Positions 23,131 through 34,188 of a stretch of 64,000 bases of DNA are shown in pieces. The stretch spans positions 1 through 64,000 of the forward strand of contig NIVC01003740.1 in NCBI GenBank assembly GCA_002269645.1. The letters are read 5' to 3'. The notes beneath the pieces are model-generated. The model saw only the letters and a list, made by a program, of their open reading frames with translations. It made no database searches and was not told the DNA's origin. The stretch's first letter is position 1. Each line of letters starts with the position of its first letter. The translations under genes and the position numbers were made by a program. The stretch is from Macrostomum lignano. Taxonomy: Eukaryota.

Positions 23131-25838
23131 CATGATTAACAAAATAATAGGATCTTAGTCATTCAGTCATGTATATGTTGAATTCTTAGTTTTATCCCTA
23201 GTGATATAGGGCTAGGGCTAGGCCCTAATTTCTATCTCTTGGAATAATTCTATCAATGCCACTAACATTTTAACAGTGCTAATTGCTCTCACTAATAACT
23301 GCCCTAGAAATGTCACCTATGTTCTCCTATTGATAGGTAATAATGTACTTTTGCATGTACTTTTACTTATTTTTACTGGTAGCATATCTACTTGTCTATT
23401 TTCTTTTGTACTGATAGCATATATGTATCAATTGGTAGCATTTGTATATGTATATGTATTGTAGGCCCTACTCTTGGCCTGAGCAGTCTTCTGGCACTTT
23501 ATGTTCCAACTATTTACTTCTATAAAAATTTTCTCCTAGTCCTAGATTAGAAGGTCACAGCCTTTATGCAATTTTCTGCTCTGAAGCAATTCTTTTACCC
23601 TAAGGCAATTTCCTTGCCCTAAGGTAATTCTTGCTTCCAATGGATTTTTGATACTCTAAAGGAAATGACTAAGTCTTTCAAACACTGCAAATAGCAATTT
23701 AATAAGACTAAACTTATTGTATTTGCAAGACTTGTGAAAGAAAATGTAATAGACAAAATTGTCTAAGCTCCAAGTTGCTTGGGTTGCTCAAGAGTTGCTC
23801 TTCTTGGCCCCTCATTGGCCCTCTATTTATATTATTTGAACAATATATTTAAAACAAAATTATATTTCGTAAACTGTTATTTGCTTTCAAAACATTTAGT
23901 ATCATTTAGCATAAATTCAAATACCATATTTTTTAAGAATTTTTTGTAAACATAGTTAATATCTATTATGGCAGGCATTCTATATCATAAAATGAGGCCA
24001 CACTACATTATTAATCTCACTATAAAATCCATGGCAATGCCCCTATATAAAGGACAAGTCTAATTATTATCTAAGGCCTATTTATTCAATTTCATATTAA
24101 TATTCAATTTCTATAACCATATAATTAAATCCATTTAGTGTATTTATATGCTAAAAAATTATAAATTTGGTTTTTTGGTCAACTTTAGTAATATCCACTT
24201 TAATAATAGTAATAATATCAACCACTCTAGTAATAAATGATGACCTTTTAGAGCCTATTTTGGTATATTTAGATATGTTGCTAAAAGAAATAGTAGTGTT
24301 TATCCTTATCCCCAAGGTACTATAGGAATAATTTGTCTTAGGCCTATTCTTATAGTACTGTAGGAATAATTTTCTGCTTATCTTGATAGCACATGAGTAG
24401 CCTTTTGAGATTGCTCTAAGATTCGCAAAACACACACATACATATATATATATATATAAAATGAATATAATATAATAGTGAATTATTACCATATTTATAA
24501 ATAGCTAAATACTAACCAGGAAACAAAATTTATATAATGTGACTGAATATTGTATTTTTTTAAAACTCTGAGTTTACAACTTGAAATTATAACAATTTTC
24601 AATTTCATTCTATGATTATACATTTTTAGTTTATTTATTTTAAATTATTTTTGTTTTAAAAGTTATTTGTTATTGCAAAGGGGTTTTTGCCAAAGTAGTT
24701 CTTACCAAAATGGTTATCACTTTTTTCAAGGGGCTATTACTAATATAAATGGTATACAAATATGAGAGGTATAGATTAGGCATAAAGTAATATTGTTATT
24801 TTTTTCAAGTGTATACTTATCATGATCTTTATCAATGGATTTTAATAGTAATAGTAATATCATATTAATTAACTATACCTTTTCTAACAAGTAAAGATGT
24901 TATCAACAGCTTAGCAATAGCTATTTTGTGGCAAATGTGAAGGTTACACAAGGCTATATAGTCCAAGTCTAAGAGTTGACACATACCTTCAGTTATCCTA
25001 GCTATTTTATTGCTAGGTGCACCAAGTAATGCAGAATTAGACCAGACTAGACTAATAAAATCCTTATATAGGCTTTATAAAAGATCTTTTTGTCATATTT
25101 CCAATCCTAAATTCTAATCATTAGCATTATTGTTGATTCTTTGTTAGCTTGTACTTGTATTAGAAATTGATTAATATAGTACAAATTGAATTTTGCTATA
25201 CTGTATTTAAATCCCATATATACTATATTATAAAACTTTTTCCTAAGTCTAGATCCTGTTGAGTTTATCCAAGAAAAAATTTGCATTTCTTAGATTAAGT
25301 GAATAAATAAATGCCTATAGTTAATACCAACTATACTCTATAGTGAACTAGTAAATTGACTAGAGTTTCATTCTGATCTATATAGCTACAGATAGGCTAT
25401 AGGAATTTACAGATGTGAAGGTTTTAAGCAGAACATACAGATACAGATTTAGTTCTCAGGTGTTAGTATATAGGATCTAGTAATATTGGCCACTCAATGA
25501 CTGAGCTCTGAACTTTAAAGACTTTAAGACCATTTCATGGGTTGGGACAAAGCCGTAGAAACGAATGAATTTTGCCAGTTTTAAAGCTTCTGTAAGAGGA
25601 AGTCTCAAGTCCCTAGGATTTAGGAACTCAAGCAACAGGGATTTTTGATGCTATGTGCACATTGTGTGATTAGGGTGATAGGTGGGGACTCAAGTTGAGA
25701 TCAATGCAGTCCTAGCCATTCTTCTATGTAGCTCTTAACTTGCATTCATGCCATACGAGACTGCAGTGCAGCGCAGACTCCTGAAGTGCACTGTACACTT
25801 TGATGCAGTCGGACTGCCATTTGCACTAGCCAGCTAGC

Positions 25839-28399
25839 ATGCCCGGTGGAAACAAGAGGTCTTCCAAGGTGAGCTAATAGCTGTCTGGGCTCCCTGACCT
25901 AATCTCAGTAGTCCAAATCTTAAATCTCATCAGTCCTCAACTTGTCAAATCTCATCAGTTCTCACTTTGTCAAATCTCATCAGTCCTCACTTTGTCAATT
26001 CTCATCAGTCCTCACTTTGTCAAATCTCATCAGTCCTCACTTTGTCAATTCTCATCAGTTCTCACTTTGTCAAATCTCATCAGTCCTCACTTTGTCAAAT
26101 CTCATCAGTCCTTACTTTGTCAAATCTCATCAGTTCTCACTTTGTCAAATCTCATCAGTCCTCACTTTGTCAATTCTCATCAGTCCTCACTTTGTCAAAT
26201 CTCATCAGTCCTCACTTTGTCAAATCTCATCAGTCCTCACTTTGTTAAATCTCATCAGTCCTCATCTTGTCAAATCTCATCAGTCCTTACTTTGTCAAAT
26301 CTCATCAGTCCTCATCTTGTCAAATCTCATCAGTCCTCATCTTGTCAAATCTCATCAGTCCTCATCTTGTCAAATCTCATCAGTCCTTACTTTGTCAAAT
26401 CTCATCAGTCCTTACTTTGTCAAATCTCATCAGTCCTTACTTTGTCAAATCTCATCAGTCCTTACTTTGTCAAATCTCATCAGTCCTCATCTTGTCAAAT
26501 CTCATCAGTCCTCATCTTGTCAAATCTCATCAGTCCTCATCTTGTCAAATCTCATCAGTCCTCATCTTGTCAAATCTCATCAGTCCTCATCTTGTCAAAT
26601 CTCACACTATTCCTCACTTTGTCAAACGGCCGCACCCGCAGCCGCCCTTCGGCAAGCCGGAGCCCGGCAGGTCCGCCACCTCGGCAGCAGCTGCAGGCGG
26701 CGGCGACTCGCGGCCCTACCAGTGCGACACCTGCGGCCGGCAGTTCGCCACCTCCGCCTATCTCAGCCAGCACCGCCGGATCCACAGCGGCCAGCGGCCC
26801 TACGGCTGCAGGTTTTGCGACAAGCGCTTCACCCAGCTGTCCCACGTGCAGCAGCACGAGCGAATCCATACGGGTGACAAGCCGTACCGCTGCTGGCACT
26901 GCGCCAAGAGTTTCACCCAGATGAGCAACCTGCAGAGCCACCAGCGCCAGCACATGAAGGACAAGCCGCACCGCTGCGAGGCCTGCTACATGTGCTTCGA
27001 CTCCAGCGATGACCTGGACAGCCACACTCAGGTGAGCTTTGGGGCTGACATTGGCACCCTCCAATACCCCAGTGTTTTTATGCCACACCCTCCAATACCC
27101 CAGTGTTTTCATGCCACACCCTCCAATACCCCAGTGTTTCCCTGCCACACCCTCCAATACCCCAGTGTTTCCCTTCCACACCTCCAATACCCCAGTGTTT
27201 CCCTTCCACACCCTCCAATACCCAGTGTTTTCATGCCACACCCTCCAATACCCCAGTGTTTTCATGCCACACCCTCCAATACCCCAGTGTTTCCATGCCA
27301 CACCCTCCAATACCCCATTGTTTCCCTGCCACACCCTCCAATACCCCATCGTTTTCATGCCACACCCTCCAATACCCCAGTGCTTCCCCTCCACACCCTC
27401 TAATACCCCAGTGTTTCCCTTCCACACCTCCAATACCCCAGTGTTTCCCTTCCACACCTCCAATACCCCAGTGCTTCCCCTCCACACCCTCCAATACCCC
27501 AGTGTTTCCCTGCCACACCCTCCAATACCCCAGTGTTTCCATGCCACACCCTCCAATACCCCAGTGTTTCCATGCCACACCCTCCAATACCCCAGTGTTT
27601 CCCTGCCACACCCTCCAATACCCCAGTGTTTCCATGCCACACCCTCCAATACCCCAGTGTTTCCATGCCACACCCCCCAATACCCCAGTTTTTTTCTGCC
27701 ACACCCTCAAATTCTCCAGTTTTTGTATTCCCACCTCAGGTTTTATTTTTCCTATCCTCAGGTTACTCATAATTACATTCCCCATCAAATTAGCCAAATT
27801 TCTCAATAAATTTTCCGAATTCCCCATCACATTCCCCATCACATTCCCAGGCCAAGCACGCGAACAGCCGCTACAGCAAGCTGCTGGTGTGCCGGGTGTG
27901 CGGCAAGAACTACAACTCGGAGACCTACCTCAACAAGCACCTGGCCAAGCACGGCAAAGACGCTGCCGCCGCGGCAGCCGCAGGTCCGGGCTCGGAGCCG
28001 GCCAAACTCGATGGCCAGGACGAGGACGAAGACTCGCAGCAGCAGCCGCCGCAGCCGCTGCCTCAGCAGCAACCGCAGCTGCAGCAAGTTTCGCTGCACC
28101 AGCCGACAATATCCCTGGGTCAGCAACAGCAGCACCTGCTGCCTCCCCAGCTGCCGCCGCACTCCGTGGCCATGCTTGCGCACCCGCCGCCGCCCCTTCA
28201 GCAGCAACAGCAGCAGCAGCAGCCGCAGCAACCGCAGCAGCAACAACACGGTCTGCCCCCCTACGGTCACCCACCAGACGGTCTGATGATGCCGGCAGCT
28301 GCTGCCGCCGCCGCGGCCGCCGCAGCCGCTGCCGGCTTCCCCGGAGCCGGGAGCTGCTTCACGGCTGGCGGCCCGGCGGCCTTCAAGTTCCCCTTCTGA
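25839..28399 (+). CDS. C2H2 zinc-finger transcription factor, Lin-29/Rotund/Squeeze/ZNF362-384 family (5 fingers, Gln/Ala-rich tail), ~322 aa
   Basis: join(25839-25868,26642-27031,27851-28399); first exon and the 26642 acceptor are tentative. Fingers contain FATSAYLSQHRRIH, FTQLSHVQQHERIHTGDKPY, FTQMSNLQSHQRQH and CGKNYNSETYLNKH, matching the family pattern. Confidence 0.85.
25915..26625. repeat. Intronic minisatellite, 25-bp unit TCCTCACTTTGTCAAATCTCATCAG
   Basis: Tandem copies filling ZnF intron 1. Confidence 0.95.
27056..27705. repeat. Intronic minisatellite, ~31-bp unit CACCCTCCAATACCCCAGTGTTTCCATGCCA
   Basis: Tandem copies filling ZnF intron 2. Confidence 0.92.
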
Positions 28400-29251
28400 C
28401 GAGCCGGGGGACCTCGGCTGCCCGCATGGTACTACTTGCCCGAGCCTTGACTAGTAGTGCTGCCGGTTTTCAGCGTGAAAAGCGATGAGTTGGAGAATTG
28501 GTATCAAATCTCTCAGATCTGCCGTGAACTCGCTAGTCCTCCTGTATTCTAATACCTGTATTTGCACCTGTGTGTCATCAGTTACCTGCTGCATCAGCAT
28601 ACTGTCTCGTATTTATGCCACTATCAAATATTTGTTTTCTATATTATATTGCATGCCTGACCCAAACAGATCTGACCTTTGTTATCTTAACTGTGTTTAC
28701 TTTTGTTTGTTTGTTCGCCTTTTTGTTATTAGTTAGCTGGCGTATCTGTCTGAAGGCACAGCACAGCCTTGGTCATTGTCCCGTGCTGGTTGCTGCGAGG
28801 CAGGCTGCCCAGTGCATTGAATTTGAGCTGGTGCCACCGTATCTGCTGCTTAGACTGGGCTCCCCTTCCCGAGTCTTCAGCTCCTGACTTTGCTGGTTTG
28901 TCTTCATTTTCATAGGTGCCTCCGCCCTCCGCTCGCAAACCCTTTAAAGCCACTTTTTATCCTTAGCGCGAGTGTTTTTAAGTTTGCTGACTGAATACAC
29001 ACTTTTAGCTTATATATCTGAACTCTTTTACTACTTAGCTGATTTTCTCAGTAATCATGTCTGATCAACTTTATTGAATCTCAGTGGAAATTGTTTCCTT
29101 CATCGGCTTTTTCTCTCACTTATTTTTCCCGACCATAGTCTCGCACTGAGTCTTTGTAGAAAACTTTGTAGAAAACTGCAGAGGGAATTGCTGAAATTTA
29201 TTGTCTTTGTATGGAATTATGAGCATTTGTAGGAATTATGAGCTGTCTAGA

Positions 29252-29446
29252 CTACAATGAGTCTTTGTAGGGAATGGCATTGGGCTATCTACTAGGCTAC
29301 AATGAGTCTTTGTAGGGAATGGCATTGGGCTATCTACTAGGCTACAATGAGTCTATGTAGGGAATGGTATTGGGCTATCTACTAGGCTACAATGAGTCTT
29401 TGTAGGGAATGGTATTGGGCTATCTAGGCTACGATGGGTCTTTGAA
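29252..29446. repeat. 45-bp tandem repeat (about 4 copies) upstream of AMT
   Basis: CTACAATGAGTCTTTGTAGGGAATGGCATTGGGCTATCTACTAGG repeated. Confidence 0.9.
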
Positions 29447-29541
29447 GAGTGGGGTTATCTAAGCTACTGAGTCTAGGAGCGAACTCAAAAGCGGTTCCCC
29501 ATCACTCCAGCAGTTGCCAGGCGGCCGGTCCAGTTTTTGCA

Positions 29542-32500
29542 ATGCTTAGCCGAGCCCTGAGATGCGCGCCCTGGCGCAGCTCGCCACGCCGCTTGCTGTC
29601 AGCCAAGGCCGCGGCGGCGAGGCGAACCCCGCTGTTCGACCTGCACACCGAGTTCGGCGGCCGGATGGTCGAGTTCGCCGGCCACCAGCTGCCGGTGCAG
29701 TACGCGGCAGGTGGCATCGTGGCGGAGCACAAGCACGCTAGGGAGAGCGCCGGCCTGTTCGACGTGAGCCACATGCAGCAGCTGCGCGTCTGCGGCGTCA
29801 ACAGGGACAGCCTGGTGTCCTTCCTCACCGTGGCCGACGTCGCCGCCTTGGCGCCTGGACAGGTGGGTCGATTTTCGGGCCTGCGAATCCTTGAAATCAA
29901 ACTGCCCACCGACTGCAACGCATAATCAGCTTTCAGCTATGTACAACAGCAGACACCCACACCCCTATGTGTACACTACTTTGACCCCATCTACCATGTA
30001 CACTCGCTGCCCCAACCCCATCCCAATGTACACTCACTGCCCCAGCCCCACCCTAATGTACACTCACTGCCCCAACCCCACCCCAATGTACACTCACTGC
30101 CCCAACCCCACCCCAATGTACACTCACTGCCCCGAATTCCGCAGGCCTGTCTGTCGCTGTTTCTGAACGGCCAGGGCCGCATCATGGACGACCTGATTGT
30201 CAGCCGGTGCCGCGAGCCGCACTTCTACCTGGTCACCAATGCCGGGTGCGCAGAGAAAATCCGAGCCCACCTGGACCACTGGGCTGGCGTGTTTCAGGTG
30301 GGCAAACCATCTCACTACGATCCTGTTTATTGAGTGTCTTCCATATTTTGTTTTGCATGCTTCAATCTGCAAATTTTGGGTGCATCTGCAGACCACAAAG
30401 TCCCTAATAAGGGTGGTGGGCAGAGCAGCTCAGCGCCAAACGCTGCTGACTCTCGCGCCAGACCCCTGGTTCGATTCCGCGCACTGCCAGATTCACTTGA
30501 GGCTCGGGCAATTCGCAGACATAAGGGCCAACCCCGTTGTCAGGGCCGCTCTGTCTCCATTCTAAAGTAGTAATCGGGAGATACCCTAAATTTATTGCAG
30601 TATTGTATTCAATCAAGCCTTCAGCCTCAACCCCTACTCATCCAATCGGTCAGGCCAGGGCTCTCGACGTCCGCCTGGAGTACATGGACGCTGCACTGAT
30701 GGCCCTGCAGGGCCCCCGCGCGGCCGAAGTGCTGGCCAAAGGCGTCACCGACTTCAAGCTGGCCGACCTCGCCTTCATGCACGGCCGCTACGCCACCGTG
30801 TTCGGCGTGCAGGACTGCCGCATCACCAGGTGTGCGGGGCTGCGAGTATCCCCTTGGGGATTTGGTTGACTGTGATGAATATCCCCTTGGGGATTTGGTT
30901 GACTGTGATGAATATCCCCTTGGGGATTTGGTTGACTGTGATGAATATCCCTTGGGGATTTGGTTGACTGTGATGAATATCCCCTTGGGATTTGGTTGAC
31001 TGTGATGAATATCCCATTGGGATTTGGTTGACTGTGATGAATATCCCATTGGAGATTTGGTTGACTGTGATGAATATCCCATTGGAGATTTGGTTGACTG
31101 TGATGAATATCCCATTGGAGATTTGGTTGACTGTGATGAATATCCCATTGGAGATTTGGTTGACTGTGATGAATATCCCATTGGAGATTTGGTTGACTGT
31201 GATGAATATCCCATTGGAGATTTGGTTGACTGTGATGAATATCCCATTGGAGATTTGGTTGACTGTGATGAATATCCCATTGGAGATTTGGTTGACTGTG
31301 ATGAATATACCATTGGAGATTTGGTTGACTGTGATGAATATCCCATTGGAGATTTGGTTGACTGTGATGAATATACCATTGGAGATTTGGTTGACTGTGA
31401 TGAATATCCCATTGGAGATTTGGTTGACTGTGATGAATATCCCATTGGAGATTTGGTTGACTGTGATGAATATACCATTGGAGATTTGGTTGACTGTGAT
31501 GAATATACCATTGGAGATTTGGTTGACTGTGATGAATATCCCATTGGAGATTTGGTTGACTGTGATGAATATCCCATTGGAGATTTGGTTGACTGTGAAT
31601 ATCCCATTGGAGATTTGGTTGACTTTGAATATCCCCTTGGAGATTTAGTTGACTGCTTTTATCCCCTTGAGTATTTCGTAGCAGCAAATATTCATTTTTA
31701 TTAGCTGAATATTCCCAACAATGTCACGTGACCCGGCCGGCAGATGCGGCTACACAGGCATGGACGGCTTCGAGATCTCGGTGCCTCCGCAGGGTGCCAT
31801 GACGGTGGCCCGTGCCCTTCTAGATGGCCCCCTGGTGAAGCCCATTGGCCTTGGGGCCAGGGACTCCCTGCGGCTGGAGGCCGGACTCTGTCTCTATGGC
31901 AACGATATTGACGAGACGCGAACTCCGGTGCGTTTAGTAACTCTTTTTCAGTTAAAGCTTGGGCAGTTTTATCCGCGATTGGATAATATTCGCCATATAA
32001 TAATAGAGTGCCAGTAAGAATCGCCCTGGAGTGCCAGTAAGAATCGCCCTGGAGTGCCAGTAAAAATCGCCCTGGAGTGCCAGTAAAAATCGCCCTGGAG
32101 TGCCAGTAAGAATCGCCCTGGAGTGCCAGTAAAAATCGCCCTGGAGTGCCAGTAAGAATCGCCCTGGAGTGCCAGTAAGAATCGCCCTGAAGTGCCAGTA
32201 AGAATCGCCCTGGAGTGCCAGTAAGAATCGCCCTGAAGTGCCAGTAAGAATCGCCCTGGAGTGCCAGTAAGAATCGCCCTGAAGTGCCAGTAAGAACCGC
32301 CCTGAAGTGCCAGTAAGAATCGCCCTGAAGTGCCAGTAAGAATCGCCCTGGAGTGCCAGTAAGAATCACCCTGGAGTGCCAGTAAGAATCGCCCTGGAGT
32401 GCCAGTAAGAATCGCCCTGAAGTGCCAGTAAGAATCGCCCTGAAGTGCCAGTAAGAATCGCCCATCCCTAACCATCGAGCAAGTTCAACCTCTGCGCAAC

Positions 32501-33479
32501 CCGCAGGTGGAGGCCGGCCTCATGTGGACCGTGTCAAAGCGCCGTCGTCAGGAGGCCCAACAGCGTGGCTCCGAGGCGTTCCTCGGCGGCGAACAGCTGG
32601 CGGTGGCCTCCGCCACGAAGCCGGAGGTCCGCCGGGTTGGCCTTCTGGGCCTGGAGGGGCCGCCTGCCCGGCACGGGGCTGCCGTGTTCGCTGAGAACGA
32701 CGGAGATGAGCGTGAGCTGGGATCTCATGGGATCTTGGAGTAGCTGGGATCTCAGTGGGATCTTGGAGTAGCTGGGATCACAGTGGGTTCATGGAGTAGC
32801 TGGGATCTCAGTGGCATCATGGAGGAGCTGGGATCTCAGTGGGATCTTGGAGTAGCAGGGATCTCAGTGGGATCTTGGAGTAGCTGGGATCACAGTGGGA
32901 TCTTGTAGTAGCTGGAATCTCAGTGGTCTTGGAGTAGCTGGGATCTCGGTGGGATTATCGACTAGCTAGTTGGGATCACAGTGGGATCATGAAGTAGCTG
33001 GGATCTCAGTGGGATCTTGGAGTAGCAGGGATCACAGTGGGATCTTGGAGTAGCAGGGATCACAGTGGGATCTTGGAGTAGCAGGGATCACAGTGGGATC
33101 TTGGAGTAGCAGGGATCCTAGAATAGCCTGGGATCTCAGTGGGATCTCGGTAGGATAAAGTATTTTTTAAATCTGGAGATTTTACTTCGATTACATTTTT
33201 GAGATGTGAAACTGGAGCAAGGCTTGCTTGACCAGTTGAGGACGAAATACATGTATAGAAAATTAGCTTTCAAATCTCCCCATTGCAGCCATCGGCGTGG
33301 TGACCAGCGGCTGCATGAGCCCCAGCCTCAACCAGCCCGTTGCCATGGGCTACCTGCGGCGCGCGAATTCCGCCGTGGGCACCCCGGTTCGGTTTGAGAT
33401 TCGCGGCAAGCGGTACCGGGGCGTGGTGGCCAAGATGCCATTCCTGCCCGCCACCTACTACACTGGCGGGCTGCGGTGA
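29542..33479 (+). CDS. AMT: Aminomethyltransferase (glycine cleavage system T protein), mitochondrial, 409 aa
   Basis: join(29542-29862,30145-30297,30654-30829,31744-31927,32507-32711,33289-33479); phases consistent, 1230 nt. Arg-rich transit peptide; motifs [56 protein letters not shown]. Confidence 0.96.
29996..30132. repeat. Intronic 30-bp tandem repeat CACTCACTGCCCCAACCCCACCCCAATGTA
   Basis: 4-5 copies in AMT intron 1, next to the acceptor. Confidence 0.9.
30419..30600 (+). mobile_element. tRNA-derived SINE-like element in AMT intron 2
   Basis: GGCAG...CTGCCA acceptor-stem-like ends, A-box-like AGCTCAG and B-box GGTTCGATTCC; D and anticodon arms do not pair properly; 3' boundary approximate. 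Confidence 0.5.
30846..31645. repeat. Intronic minisatellite, 33-bp unit GATTTGGTTGACTGTGATGAATATCCCATTGGA
   Basis: Tandem copies in AMT intron 3. Confidence 0.95.
32007..32463. repeat. Intronic minisatellite, 23-bp unit GTGCCAGTAAGAATCGCCCTGGA
   Basis: Tandem copies in AMT intron 4. Confidence 0.95.
32712..33150. repeat. Intronic minisatellite, ~28-bp unit GAGTAGCTGGGATCTCAGTGGGATCTTG, starting at the donor
   Basis: Tandem copies in AMT intron 5. Confidence 0.9.
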
Positions 33480-34188
33480 TCGCCTGCAGCCCTGAGCTGC
33501 GTCACGAGAGCTCGCTGGACCTTCTGGGCGCTAATTAGGGCTGGAGCAGTATTTTTCATCGATCCAATTGCTATTTTAGAAGTTAAAAAAAACTTGTCTA
33601 TGAAGTGCACTAGTCCCAGAGAGAATCAAATTTAATTGATCTTTCAATAATACTAGAAACTAACTTGTATTTTCTCCTGCTCTGTTTAGTGATTTGACTA
33701 CTTTTATATAATCAAGCACTTCAGTAGTAATTTAGCACATTTTGTCATTCTCAGCCAAAAGCCATTGCTCAAATCAATGCCAGTTAGCTTGACAGTGAAG
33801 AATCGAGCGCCTTCCAGAGGCCGAAATAAACAGCAAACTCTTGTCGAAGGCCAAGTTAAGGTTTGGCTAAATCAAATGTGCAGATTTGTCTCGGACGGCT
33901 CCAAACCTGGCCTTTGTTCTTTTATATTTTACGGTTTTACGATTGGCATACCGCCAGCTGTGCCAGACCTTTTCACAGATTTTCAAATGTCCACTCATAC
34001 TACTTACTGCAATCCAGTCAGTCAGTAGCTTCAACGAAAAAAGAAATGAAGCCGAAATTTGTATTTTTAATCACACTGTCAGCTTATAAATAAAGGTTAC
34101 ATTGAGAAAAAGTTAAATAGAAAACTTGTCCGGGTCATACGATACAATCAAACTTGAACAAGTTCACGTGCACTCCAAGTGCGAGCCA

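Noticed and set aside
26570-28488. Long alternative-frame and antisense ORFs over the zinc-finger gene
   Set aside because: Explained by repeat periodicity and GC-rich codon bias; only the C2H2 frame has protein-family features
30419-30490. Functional tRNA gene
   Set aside because: D and anticodon stems do not pair, so it is reported only as a SINE-like head
30627-32475. Repeat ORFs in AMT introns ([34 protein letters not shown])
   Set aside because: Lie between in-phase GT-AG junctions of a complete AMT model
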